Positions 28,927-37,244 of a stretch of 64,000 bases of DNA are shown one piece after another. Position 1 is the stretch's first letter. Every line of letters begins with the position of its first letter. The position numbers and the translations under genes were made by a program. The notes under the pieces were generated by a model. It was not told the DNA's origin. It saw only the letters and a program-made list of their open reading frames with translations, and did not search any database. The DNA comes from Candidatus Acidiferrales bacterium (GTDB lineage: Bacteria; Acidobacteriota; Terriglobia; Acidiferrales; UBA7541), in assembly GCA_049592615.1 (NCBI GenBank), contig JBAWGF010000080.1:1206-65205 (forward strand). Direction: 5' to 3'.

Positions 28927-29703
28927 ATGAGCTCTCCTGGTTCGAGTGACCGCGTCATCGAGTTTCGCCACGTTTCCTACCACCGCCCAGGTGGGCCAGC
29001 TGTGTTGAATGATCTCAACTTCGAGGTGTTGCGCGGCGAAACACTCGTCCTGCTCGGACGCAGCGGCTCGGGCAAAACGACTGCACTCAAACTGATCAAC
29101 CGCTTGCTCGAAACGAGCGAAGGCGAAATTCGTGTCGAAGGCCGTTCAACGCTGGCATGGAATCCGATCGAGTTGCGCCGCAACATCGGCTACGTCATCC
29201 AGGATGTCGGGCTGTTCCCGCATTTCACGGTCGAGCGAAACATCGCGCTCGTTCCGCGGCTCAAAGGTTGGCCGGAAGCGAAGACACGCGCGCGCATCGC
29301 AGAATTGCTCGCGTTGGTCGGGCTCGATCCGGATAAATTCCTGCGACGATACCCGCACGAACTCTCGGGGGGACAGCGCCAGCGCGTCGGTGTCACACGA
29401 GCACTTGCGGCCGACCCGCCGATTTTGTTGATGGACGAGCCGTTTGGAGCGCTCGACCCGCTGACGCGCGGTGAAGTGCAACGAGAATTTCAGTCGCTCG
29501 AGCGGCGGCTGGGCAAGACCATCGTCATCGTGACGCACGACGTAAGTGAAGCCCTCCTGCTCGGCACCCGAATCGCATTGCTCGAAGCGGGAAACCTCGC
29601 GGGAATCTATTCGCCAAAGGAATTTCTGCGTGCGACCGAGCCCGTTGCGGCGGCCTACGTTGCGAATCTCAGGACCCGGGAACAACTCGAGGGGGGCGTA
29701 TGA
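28927..29703 (+). CDS. ABC transporter ATP-binding protein (osmoprotectant/quaternary amine, OpuC-like)
   Basis: Walker A GRSGSGKTT, signature LSGGQRQR, Walker B LLMDEPFGALD. No CBS tail. Confidence 0.85.
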   Translation: MSSPGSSDRVIEFRHVSYHRPGGPAVLNDLNFEVLRGETLVLLGRSGSGKTTALKLINRLLETSEGEIRVEGRSTLAWNPIELRRNIGYVIQDVGLFPHFTVERNIALVPRLKGWPEAKTRARIAELLALVGLDPDKFLRRYPHELSGGQRQRVGVTRALAADPPILLMDEPFGALDPLTRGEVQREFQSLERRLGKTIVIVTHDVSEALLLGTRIALLEAGNLAGIYSPKEFLRATEPVAAAYVANLRTREQLEGGV

Positions 29704-30335
29704 ACCTGGCCATCTTTTTCCTGCATCATCAACGCGAAATCCTGCAAGCCATGCTCGAACACGTCTGGCTCGTCGGCGCAGCCATGTTCCTTGCAGTCGC
29801 GATCGGCGTCCCGCTCGGCGTTCTTGTGACGCGCCAGCCGTGGCTTTCAAAACCAATTCTTGGCAGCGCCAACATTGCGGAAACGATTCCGAGCCTCGCG
29901 CTTTTTGGATTTCTCCTTCCCGTTCCCTGGCTCGGCGCGCGCGCCGACCGCCTGGCGATCGTGGCGCTCACTCTCTACGCGTTGCTCCCCATCATCCGCA
30001 ACACATCCGCCGGGATCGCAGGCGTGGATCCTGCGGTGCGCGAATCCGCGCGCGGAATGGGAATGACGGAGCGACAAATTCTTTTTCAAGTCGAGCTGCC
30101 GCTTTCTCTTTCAACGGTCCTCGCGGGCGTGCGCGTCGCGACCGTGTTGACAATCGGCATTGCGACGATTGCAGCAGCAGTTGGGGCGGGAGGCCTGGGC
30201 GAATTCATCTTCCGCGGCCTCGCCATGGTAAACGACCAGTTGATTCTGGCCGGCGCAATCCCGGCGGCTGTCCTTGCGATTGCGGCAGATCTTTCTCTCG
30301 GGCTGCTCGAGCGGCGCATGCGTCCGGTGCGATGA
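29700..30335 (+). CDS. ABC transporter permease (OpuC/OpuB-like)
   Basis: 211-aa polytopic protein with an EAA-like loop (ESARGMGMTERQILFQVELP). ATGA overlaps at both ends. Confidence 0.8.
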   Translation: MNLAIFFLHHQREILQAMLEHVWLVGAAMFLAVAIGVPLGVLVTRQPWLSKPILGSANIAETIPSLALFGFLLPVPWLGARADRLAIVALTLYALLPIIRNTSAGIAGVDPAVRESARGMGMTERQILFQVELPLSLSTVLAGVRVATVLTIGIATIAAAVGAGGLGEFIFRGLAMVNDQLILAGAIPAAVLAIAADLSLGLLERRMRPVR

Positions 30336-31240
30336 GACATCAGATGAACGCGCTGCGCGCCTGTTTCGCTTTCGCCATCGCAATTCTTTTGGCCGCATGT
30401 GGCGCCGAGCGGCGCGACACAATCGTCGTCGGCTCGAAGAATTTTTCCGAGCAAGCGCTCCTCGGCGAAATTCTGGCGCAGCATCTCGAGGCGCGGACGC
30501 ACCGGCCAGTTGGCCGCCGCTTCTATCTGGCAGGCTCCTACATTTGCCACCAGGCGCTTCTCGCCGGGCGAATCGACACCTACGTCGAATATACCGGGAC
30601 GGCTTTGACCGCGATCCTCCACGGTCCGATCGAGAGCGATCCGTCGGTCGTTTTCGCACGCGTCCAAAGCGAGTACAAAAAGCGCTTCGGCCTGGAAGTG
30701 ATGCCTTCGCTCGGGTTCAACAACACGTTTGCAATTGTCATTCGTGGAGAAGACGCGCGGCGCTTGAATCTGAGGACGCTAACAGAAGCAGCTCGTTTCA
30801 TGCCCCAATGGCGTGCGGGCTTTGGTTTCGAATTCTCGGAACGCCCGGATGGTTACGAGGGCCTCGCTCGCGTTTACGGATTGAAGTTCGCTGCGTCGCC
30901 GCGAATTCTTGACCTCGGCTTGCTCTATCGCGCTTTGCTCGACAAGCAAGTGGATCTTGTGGCGGGAAATTCGACGGACGGTTTGCTCGCCGCGCGCGAT
31001 CTCGTCATTCTGGATGACGACAAACATTACTTTCCGCCGTACGAGGCCGTGCCCGTCGTCCGCGGGGACGCGCTCTCGCGCCACCCTGAATTGCGGGCGG
31101 CGCTTGCGGAACTAGCCGGCAAGATATCAAACGCGGAAATGCAGAAAATGAACTATGAGGTGGACGGGAACCACCGCGACATCGGCGAAGTCGCGCGCGA
31201 GTTTCTTCGATCGAAAGGTCTCGCTAAGCCGGCCGGATGA
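30332..31240 (+). CDS. Glycine betaine/choline-type ABC substrate-binding lipoprotein
   Basis: Lipoprotein signal AILLAACG, then IVVGSKNFSEQALLGEILAQHLE, typical of OpuBC/OpuCC-like binding proteins. Confidence 0.75.
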   Translation: MRHQMNALRACFAFAIAILLAACGAERRDTIVVGSKNFSEQALLGEILAQHLEARTHRPVGRRFYLAGSYICHQALLAGRIDTYVEYTGTALTAILHGPIESDPSVVFARVQSEYKKRFGLEVMPSLGFNNTFAIVIRGEDARRLNLRTLTEAARFMPQWRAGFGFEFSERPDGYEGLARVYGLKFAASPRILDLGLLYRALLDKQVDLVAGNSTDGLLAARDLVILDDDKHYFPPYEAVPVVRGDALSRHPELRAALAELAGKISNAEMQKMNYEVDGNHRDIGEVAREFLRSKGLAKPAG

Positions 31241-31265
31241 TCCACTGATCGTCTGGCTGCTCCGA

Positions 31266-32312
31266 TCAGTCGGAGGTTGCGATACCCCTGGCCGGTCCGG
31301 ATGGAAGCGTGTCATCGCGGAACGAAAACTCATTCTTGAGATCCGTATATGGCTTTCCATCCAGCTCGGCGTACGGATAGACGAAATAGTTGAGGGCGTC
31401 ACCTTTTTGGGCCGGCTTCAGCCGAATGTCCCGCCCCATCGAGAACATGACGCGGTTTTGATCGGTCGCACCGAAGAAATAGTCGTGCTTTTCCGGATGC
31501 TTCCACGCCTCCGAGGCGTCAACCGGAATCCATCCAATCCCCTGAATGAAGAACTGCGCCCAGCAGTGATAGCCGGGAATGACTCCTTCGTGTGAGTTGT
31601 CGGGCAGCGGGAAACCGATTTCAAAGCGCGCGGGAATTCCGGTGGCGCGAGCCATCCCGATGAAGACAGAATGGAAATCCGTGCAGTTTCCGCGCTTCGA
31701 GTCGCAGGCCCAGATGGCGTCGCCGCGGCCCCAGCCAGTGCCGTTCTTGTCGTACTTCATCGTGGAAACGACGTACTCATAAATCTTGCGCGCCTTCTCA
31801 AGCGGCTGCATGGCGCCATTCGTCTGCGCGTGAGATAGGTCGGAAATCACGCCATCAATCGGCACCATATGGTCCGGCTGCAAAAAGCGGGCCGTCGCAA
31901 CAGTTGGTTCGGTGGGAGCGTCGCTCGTCGAAACCAGCGAAACCCGGTGCTCGAATCTTTGCGCATGAAACGTCAATCGAATGTCGAGTGGCGTCCTGGT
32001 GTCAGCCGTATCGACGACGAAATATGCGTAGCGGTCGTTGTATTCCTTGTCCCGTTCGACTTTATGCGAAATGGGAGCCAGTATCTGGAGATTCGAAATT
32101 CCCTGGGAGCGGTCTTCGTAGGGAAGCGGGACCCAAACTCGCAACTGATGAGTTCCTGGCGGGAGAGCTGGAACATGGACCAGGTAGGTGAATTGAAAGC
32201 TCCGCGAAGGTATCGTCACTGCATCTGAAGCGGACGAAGTTCGCGAGATCAGCCCGACGTAGAGCAGCTCCGAAATCAAAAGTAAGGTAACCAGCAATCC
32301 GATCCGTTTCAT
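31266..32312 (-). CDS. Secreted transglutaminase-like cysteine protease-fold protein
   Basis: Signal peptide MKRIGLLVTLLLISELL. Transglutaminase core GNCTDFHSVFIGMARATGIPARF with later H and D residues. Confidence 0.75.
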   Translation of the reverse strand: MKRIGLLVTLLLISELLYVGLISRTSSASDAVTIPSRSFQFTYLVHVPALPPGTHQLRVWVPLPYEDRSQGISNLQILAPISHKVERDKEYNDRYAYFVVDTADTRTPLDIRLTFHAQRFEHRVSLVSTSDAPTEPTVATARFLQPDHMVPIDGVISDLSHAQTNGAMQPLEKARKIYEYVVSTMKYDKNGTGWGRGDAIWACDSKRGNCTDFHSVFIGMARATGIPARFEIGFPLPDNSHEGVIPGYHCWAQFFIQGIGWIPVDASEAWKHPEKHDYFFGATDQNRVMFSMGRDIRLKPAQKGDALNYFVYPYAELDGKPYTDLKNEFSFRDDTLPSGPARGIATSD

Positions 32313-32530
32313 GCCGAATCCTCCCTTTGTCTTGGGACCGCTCCGAGCCTCACGGGCTCGCGCCGAGTGTCTCCCATCAATGTATCAACGCGAATGGTGT
32401 GAACTGACGCATTGTTCCCTGACCGGTCCCGAGTGTTCCAACCCTGGGGATATTGCCACTAGCGGAGCAAAAATCCAAGTGCAGTGAAACGGGCGAGCGG
32501 AATGATCCTTCAGCAAACCGAGGGCCGGTG

Positions 32531-33436
32531 TCAGGTTCTCTTGACCTTCAACCTCTCGATTTCCTGCTCAAGTTCAGATCGTTCGAGTATTCCTTTGCGA
32601 AAGAGGACGCGCACAACGGCTTCCAGAGCCTCAGCGGTTGTCGTCGGCTGTTTTGGCGTCGGCTTTGCTGCAGGCGCCGGACCGTAAAGCGCGGGTGGAG
32701 GCGGCGAGACAAACGGCGGCTCCTGTTCTCCCAGCGAAGGCGGCGCGATTTGGCGGAGTTTCTGCAGATCTTCTGGACTCATTCCTGTGAACGAGATTCC
32801 CATCCCCATCCCTGGATGGGAGCTCCGCACCTTGCCGCGCGACTGCAAGATTTCTGCGCCCAAATCGAGTCTTAGGTCAACAGCGGAGTCAATGGGAAGC
32901 GGGGACATCATCTCGACGTAGCACCCACCGAGGCAAATGTCCGTGACCCGAGCGGGGAGCCCCATCGAGCTGCCGACAACAGTAACCTGCGCATCGATTC
33001 GGCAGGCGCGTCGCGGAAACTGGCGGCGCTCGCCGCCAGCCCATGGGACTGGCGCACCCGCCGAAACCGACTCCGTTGGCGGTGTGGGCACACCGAGGTC
33101 CGGGTTGGTTGGATCGTATTCATCCGGCACCGATTCTGACAGTTTCACGCCCCAGATATATTTCCCCGGTTCGAGGCTCCGAACACCAACCTGCCCGGCA
33201 TTCGAAGTATTTTCTTGACCCACCCACTGGACATGAAACCACGATTTTTTCCCCTGGAATTCGATCTCGATTTTGCCGCCCGGGCGTTCAATGCATTCCA
33301 AGCCTTCGAGCCTGGCACCAGAGGCGCTCACGTCACTGGTACGCGCAGTCTGAGTAAAGGGGTTTCCGTAGTGGTCCACACCGCGGACTACGATGGGAAG
33401 ATTGGCAGCGATTCGATGCTCGGTGCGACGCCCCAT
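32531..33436 (-). CDS. Tandem PilZ-domain protein (c-di-GMP receptor type) with a Pro-rich C-terminal tail
   Basis: PilZ 1 has RRTEHR (RxxxR) plus DVSASG (DxSxxG). PilZ 2 has RRQFPR plus DICLGG. Confidence 0.75.
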   Translation of the reverse strand: MGRRTEHRIAANLPIVVRGVDHYGNPFTQTARTSDVSASGARLEGLECIERPGGKIEIEFQGKKSWFHVQWVGQENTSNAGQVGVRSLEPGKYIWGVKLSESVPDEYDPTNPDLGVPTPPTESVSAGAPVPWAGGERRQFPRRACRIDAQVTVVGSSMGLPARVTDICLGGCYVEMMSPLPIDSAVDLRLDLGAEILQSRGKVRSSHPGMGMGISFTGMSPEDLQKLRQIAPPSLGEQEPPFVSPPPPALYGPAPAAKPTPKQPTTTAEALEAVVRVLFRKGILERSELEQEIERLKVKRT

Positions 33437-33606
33437 CCAAACTCCAATACAGCGCGCCTAGCCGAACGCAGACCGCCTATCTCCGAGAGGGAACCTCAGC
33501 GTAGCCCCTGATCCATCTAGGGTCAAGCCGCTCAGCGACGCCTTATTCGAGTGAGTAACAAATTGAAAAGAACCGGAAAGTAGATGGGGCTCCAGGAGAC
33601 TGAGGG

Positions 33607-34362
33607 TTAGTCAAATTCCTGAAGCGTTTTGATGTGAGCTTCGAGCGCTGCGCAATACTGGTTTTGGGCCTCGAGTTCCGCCTGGAGTTTTTTCACGAGA
33701 AATTCAAGTCTCCGAAGCTCGTTGCGCAGCTTTTGAATCTCGGCCGGCGGGGCTGCAGCTCGTGGCGCGGGCACCGGAGACGCGGGTGCGGCCACTCGCG
33801 GAGGGACGAATGCGACCGGAGCCTCGGCGCGATGTGCTGCGGGAGCCGGCGCGGCGACCATGGCGGGGGCCGGAGAAAACAAACTCGTCAGCGCACGCGC
33901 TGCGGCAGGCGACGGATCCTGCACTGAATCGGCGCCGTACGCGCTCCCCGGCGCGCCGGCCGGCTTCGGATACAGCAGATTCTTCACACGGATGATCAAA
34001 TCCTGGGGCTGAAACGGCTTTCGGATCAACTCGTCCGCCTTCACGGCCATGGCTTTCTCGGCCACAGTGCGGTTCACAACGCCCGACATCAGAATCACGG
34101 GCGTCTTGCCGAACTGCTCGTGTTGTTTGATGAACTGGCAAACTTCGTATCCGTCTTTGTCCGGCATGATCACGTCGGTGATGACGACGTCCGGCACAGT
34201 TTCATTGAACAGTGCAAGCGCTGATGCGGCGTCGGCGCACGTAATGACGTGGATGCTCTCCTTGCGGAAAGCGATCTTGATGACTTCGCGCATCGTCGCG
34301 CTGTCGTCAATGAAATAAACCGTGGGAGTCCGGGCTGCCGTGAGGGTTTGTGTCTCACTCAT
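33607..34362 (-). CDS. Response regulator: canonical receiver, Ala/Pro-rich linker and C-terminal coiled coil (FrzS-like layout)
   Basis: DD pocket (FIDDS), phospho-Asp (VITDVIMPDKDG), S (LMSG), K (RKPF), then PAPAAHRAEAP..., then EIQKLRNELRRLEFLVKKLQAELEAQ. Confidence 0.8.
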   Translation of the reverse strand: MSETQTLTAARTPTVYFIDDSATMREVIKIAFRKESIHVITCADAASALALFNETVPDVVITDVIMPDKDGYEVCQFIKQHEQFGKTPVILMSGVVNRTVAEKAMAVKADELIRKPFQPQDLIIRVKNLLYPKPAGAPGSAYGADSVQDPSPAAARALTSLFSPAPAMVAAPAPAAHRAEAPVAFVPPRVAAPASPVPAPRAAAPPAEIQKLRNELRRLEFLVKKLQAELEAQNQYCAALEAHIKTLQEFD

Positions 34363-35132
34363 GACGACTCCTTCTCTACATCGTCTCGCTCGCTCTCATC
34401 GAATTCGCGGAGGGCGTCGAGCAGCAGGTCGGTTGAAGAACGTAGGACAGTTCGTTGCGCAGCCGTGGCGCCATACACAAATTTGTAAACGCCTTTTCCA
34501 ACGCCCTGGCAAGTCTTTACGATCTGGGTCACCGCTTCGTCTCCGAAGAGCGTGCCGCATTCTGCGTGCAGAATGTCACCGGCCTCGAAGAAAATGATTC
34601 CGTCGGTGTCGCCAGCGTTTATGTGCAGCGCGCCGGTTTGCCGTGCCTGCTCGAGCATCTGAATTACGCCGGGCAAATCCAGGTGCGAAAGGCTGCCGCT
34701 CAATTCCGTGTCCGCGCTCGCCAGCATCTGCGTCGGTTGAAAACCATCCTGGCGGCTCACAAGAAACCGCCGTACATGAGCTGCAATATCCTCGGGCGGC
34801 CGTCGCCGATCCACATAATCATCGCAGCCGGCGCGGTAGGCCTCGAGCAGCGCCTGATCGCCACCACCGCCCACAGCTATCAGGGGAATGTTCGACGTCT
34901 TAGGGTCGGCGCGCAGAATCGGCGCCATTTCGAGCGCGCCCATCTCGCGCAAGTTTGTGGCGCAAAGAATCGCCATCGGCGTATTCCATTCGAGCATCGT
35001 CAATGCGTAAGTTGCCTGCGTGCTCGGAACCACTTCGAATCCCTGGTGTGCCAGCGCATCGCCCAGACGCTTGGCAAAATAGACGTTGCTGTCGATCAAC
35101 AGAATCCGCGGTAGATTTCCTGGAGCGCTCAT
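34359..35132 (-). CDS. Degenerate receiver domain plus DUF4388 (PATAN-associated) domain protein
   Basis: REC fold with DS instead of DD, no Asp at the phospho-site (AILCATNLREMG), and R instead of K. The C-terminal LSGSLSHLDLPGVIQMLEQARQTGALHI...IIFFEAGDILHAE...GDEAV matches the DUF4388 pattern from memory. Confidence 0.7.
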   Translation of the reverse strand: MSAPGNLPRILLIDSNVYFAKRLGDALAHQGFEVVPSTQATYALTMLEWNTPMAILCATNLREMGALEMAPILRADPKTSNIPLIAVGGGGDQALLEAYRAGCDDYVDRRRPPEDIAAHVRRFLVSRQDGFQPTQMLASADTELSGSLSHLDLPGVIQMLEQARQTGALHINAGDTDGIIFFEAGDILHAECGTLFGDEAVTQIVKTCQGVGKGVYKFVYGATAAQRTVLRSSTDLLLDALREFDESERDDVEKESS

Positions 35133-35599
35133 ACTCGCGCCTCCGGACGGTCCACCACGACTGGTTCTACGGCCGGCGATGTCACCAGCGTTTCCAGATC
35201 CATCACGTCCACGCTCTCAAGACCCACGGAAACCGTCCCTGATACATATTTCGGGCGCTCACCTTCGGGTGGCTTCGCTTCTGCGGTCGCGAGTTCGCAC
35301 TCACCCGTCACTGGAATCGCCGCTGGTTCGCTCACTCTGCCAATTTCACGCCGCGCCACGAGGTAGAAGCGATGTGACGGCGAGCTTTTGCCCAGCAGTA
35401 CCGGGCCGACGTCATAAACGGGTACGATGCGGCCGCGGCGGACAATTACGCCGACGACGAGCGGCGAAGTTTGCGGAAACGTGTGCAGCCGCACCGGCGG
35501 CGCGAGTTCCGACACAATATCCGCGCGCAGGGCGAAGCGGCGGTCTCCGACCTGGAGCAGGACGTATGAATTCTGTCCGGCGTTTTCCGCCGCGTTCAT
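35129..35599 (-). CDS. cheW: CheW-like coupling protein
   Basis: YVLLQVGDRRFALRADIVSEL...VVGVIVRRGRIVPVYDVG. ATGA overlaps on both sides. Confidence 0.7.
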   Translation of the reverse strand: MNAAENAGQNSYVLLQVGDRRFALRADIVSELAPPVRLHTFPQTSPLVVGVIVRRGRIVPVYDVGPVLLGKSSPSHRFYLVARREIGRVSEPAAIPVTGECELATAEAKPPEGERPKYVSGTVSVGLESVDVMDLETLVTSPAVEPVVVDRPEARV

Positions 35600-36129
35600 A
35601 CCTCGACGGCTCCTTCCATGTCGCGCTGGGCCGCAGCCATATTCGCGATGCGATCAAGACGCCGGAATTCATCCGGCGTCAAGAATCCTGCCGGCCGGAT
35701 CAACGGAATCACGTGGTCGTCCAAATATGCGAGTCCGCGATACCATTGGCGCTCCTTGCCTGTAAATCCACGCGGGAGCGGGTACACAGTTGAAATCTCG
35801 GTCATGCGCTCAATCTTGTCCACCAGCACGGCCGTGCGCAATTGGCGCAGGACCAACACGAGATTCGGCCGCGTCACGGGCAGGTTGAAATGTGCGGCGG
35901 CGTTTACGATGTAATACGTCCGGTGCGCCCGCTCGATCGTATGCCGCACTTTCGGCAAATCCGATTGCTCCAGTTCCATTGCCGCGCCCGCCAGGCTGTC
36001 GGTACTGCGGATTTCCTGCACCGCGTCCGCCGCAATCGCAAAAGTCTGATTGGCCACCGCAAAAAGGATCACCGGCTCCGAACGGTGTGCGCGTCGCGTC
36101 TTCGCCGCGTCCTGCGTCGCGAATTTCAT
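35596..36129 (-). CDS. Divergent CheW-like protein
   Basis: ILFAVANQTFAIAADAVQEI...LVLVLR...AVLVDKIERM resembles a CheW fold but is divergent. It lies between cheB and cheW. Confidence 0.55.
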   Translation of the reverse strand: MKFATQDAAKTRRAHRSEPVILFAVANQTFAIAADAVQEIRSTDSLAGAAMELEQSDLPKVRHTIERAHRTYYIVNAAAHFNLPVTRPNLVLVLRQLRTAVLVDKIERMTEISTVYPLPRGFTGKERQWYRGLAYLDDHVIPLIRPAGFLTPDEFRRLDRIANMAAAQRDMEGAVEV

Positions 36130-37244
36130 CGGACTCCCGCCGGGACCATGCGGATCAATTTCGTTACGCGCCTTTCGATCGCCGCGCCGATCTCATCGAG
36201 GCCAAGAACTTCGTCCACGCCCCCGGTCTTGATGGCTTCCGCCGGCATACCGAAAATCACCGACGTGGCCTCGTCCTGTGCGATGACGTAACCTCCGGCA
36301 CGTTTCACAGCCATCACGCCCGTCGCAGCGTCATTGCCCATGCCTGTCAGCACGACACCCACGGTGAGACTGCGTGCATACGAGGCAATCGATTCGAATG
36401 CGACGTTGGCGCAGGGCCGGTAGCCATCAATCCGCGGCCCGGAATCGAGCGCAATTTTTCCTGTCGATGAAAGCCGCAGGTGGTGCGAACCCGGACACAT
36501 ATAAATCATTCCCGGCTGAACCACTTCGTTGGCCTCTGCTTCCTTTACAGGCAGCGGCGCAATCTCCGCCAGTTGCACGGTGAACTGCTTCGTAAAGGTC
36601 GCCGGCATGTGCAGCACGAGAAATATGGCCGCTGCGATGTCCTTCGGCAATCTCGCAAGAACTCGCATCACCGCTGCGGGCCCACCCGTGGACGCTGCGA
36701 TTACAATCAACGGAAACTTTCCGCCATTTTGAGCTGCGAATGCCACGCCTTTCGACTGGCCCGACGAAGCCGAGACTGGCGCGTGAGACGAAGGTAATTT
36801 CGAGCGCGTCGCGGTCCGGACGACGCGGACCTTCGCCGCCAGCTTGAGTTTCCGCGTCAGGTCTTCGCCAACTTTTTTCATGTCCAGATCGATGCCCGTC
36901 GTTGGCTTGGGAACGAAATCGATTGCACCGAGTTCGAGCGCGCGCAGCGTGGTCGTGGCCCCTTCACGCGAATCGGAGCTAACGATCACAATCGGCCGCG
37001 GATTCTGCGACATGATCAGCTCGGTCGCTTGCAGGCCGTCGAGGTGCGGCATGTTGATGTCCATCGTGATGACGTCGGGACGCAAGGATTCCGCCAGCGC
37101 GACGGCGTCGCGCCCGTCGCGGGCCTGCCCCGCCACTTCCATTTGCGGATCGGCGTTGATGATCTCCTGCAGCACCCTGCACATGTAGGCGGAGTCATCC
37201 ACCACGAGCACGCGGATCTTTTTTGCGGTCCCCTTGATCATCAT
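36126..37244 (-). CDS. cheB: Chemotaxis response regulator protein-glutamate methylesterase CheB
   Basis: REC (VLVVDDS, ITMDINMP), then the methylesterase domain (IAASTGGP..., GMGNDAATG). Confidence 0.9.
   Translation of the reverse strand: MMIKGTAKKIRVLVVDDSAYMCRVLQEIINADPQMEVAGQARDGRDAVALAESLRPDVITMDINMPHLDGLQATELIMSQNPRPIVIVSSDSREGATTTLRALELGAIDFVPKPTTGIDLDMKKVGEDLTRKLKLAAKVRVVRTATRSKLPSSHAPVSASSGQSKGVAFAAQNGGKFPLIVIAASTGGPAAVMRVLARLPKDIAAAIFLVLHMPATFTKQFTVQLAEIAPLPVKEAEANEVVQPGMIYMCPGSHHLRLSSTGKIALDSGPRIDGYRPCANVAFESIASYARSLTVGVVLTGMGNDAATGVMAVKRAGGYVIAQDEATSVIFGMPAEAIKTGGVDEVLGLDEIGAAIERRVTKLIRMVPAGVR

Noticed and set aside
32351-32372. Hairpin CGAGCC-tcacg-GGCTCG between the PilZ gene and the transglutaminase-like gene.
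   Set aside because: The stem is 6 bp with no T-run on either strand. It could be incidental in GC-rich DNA.
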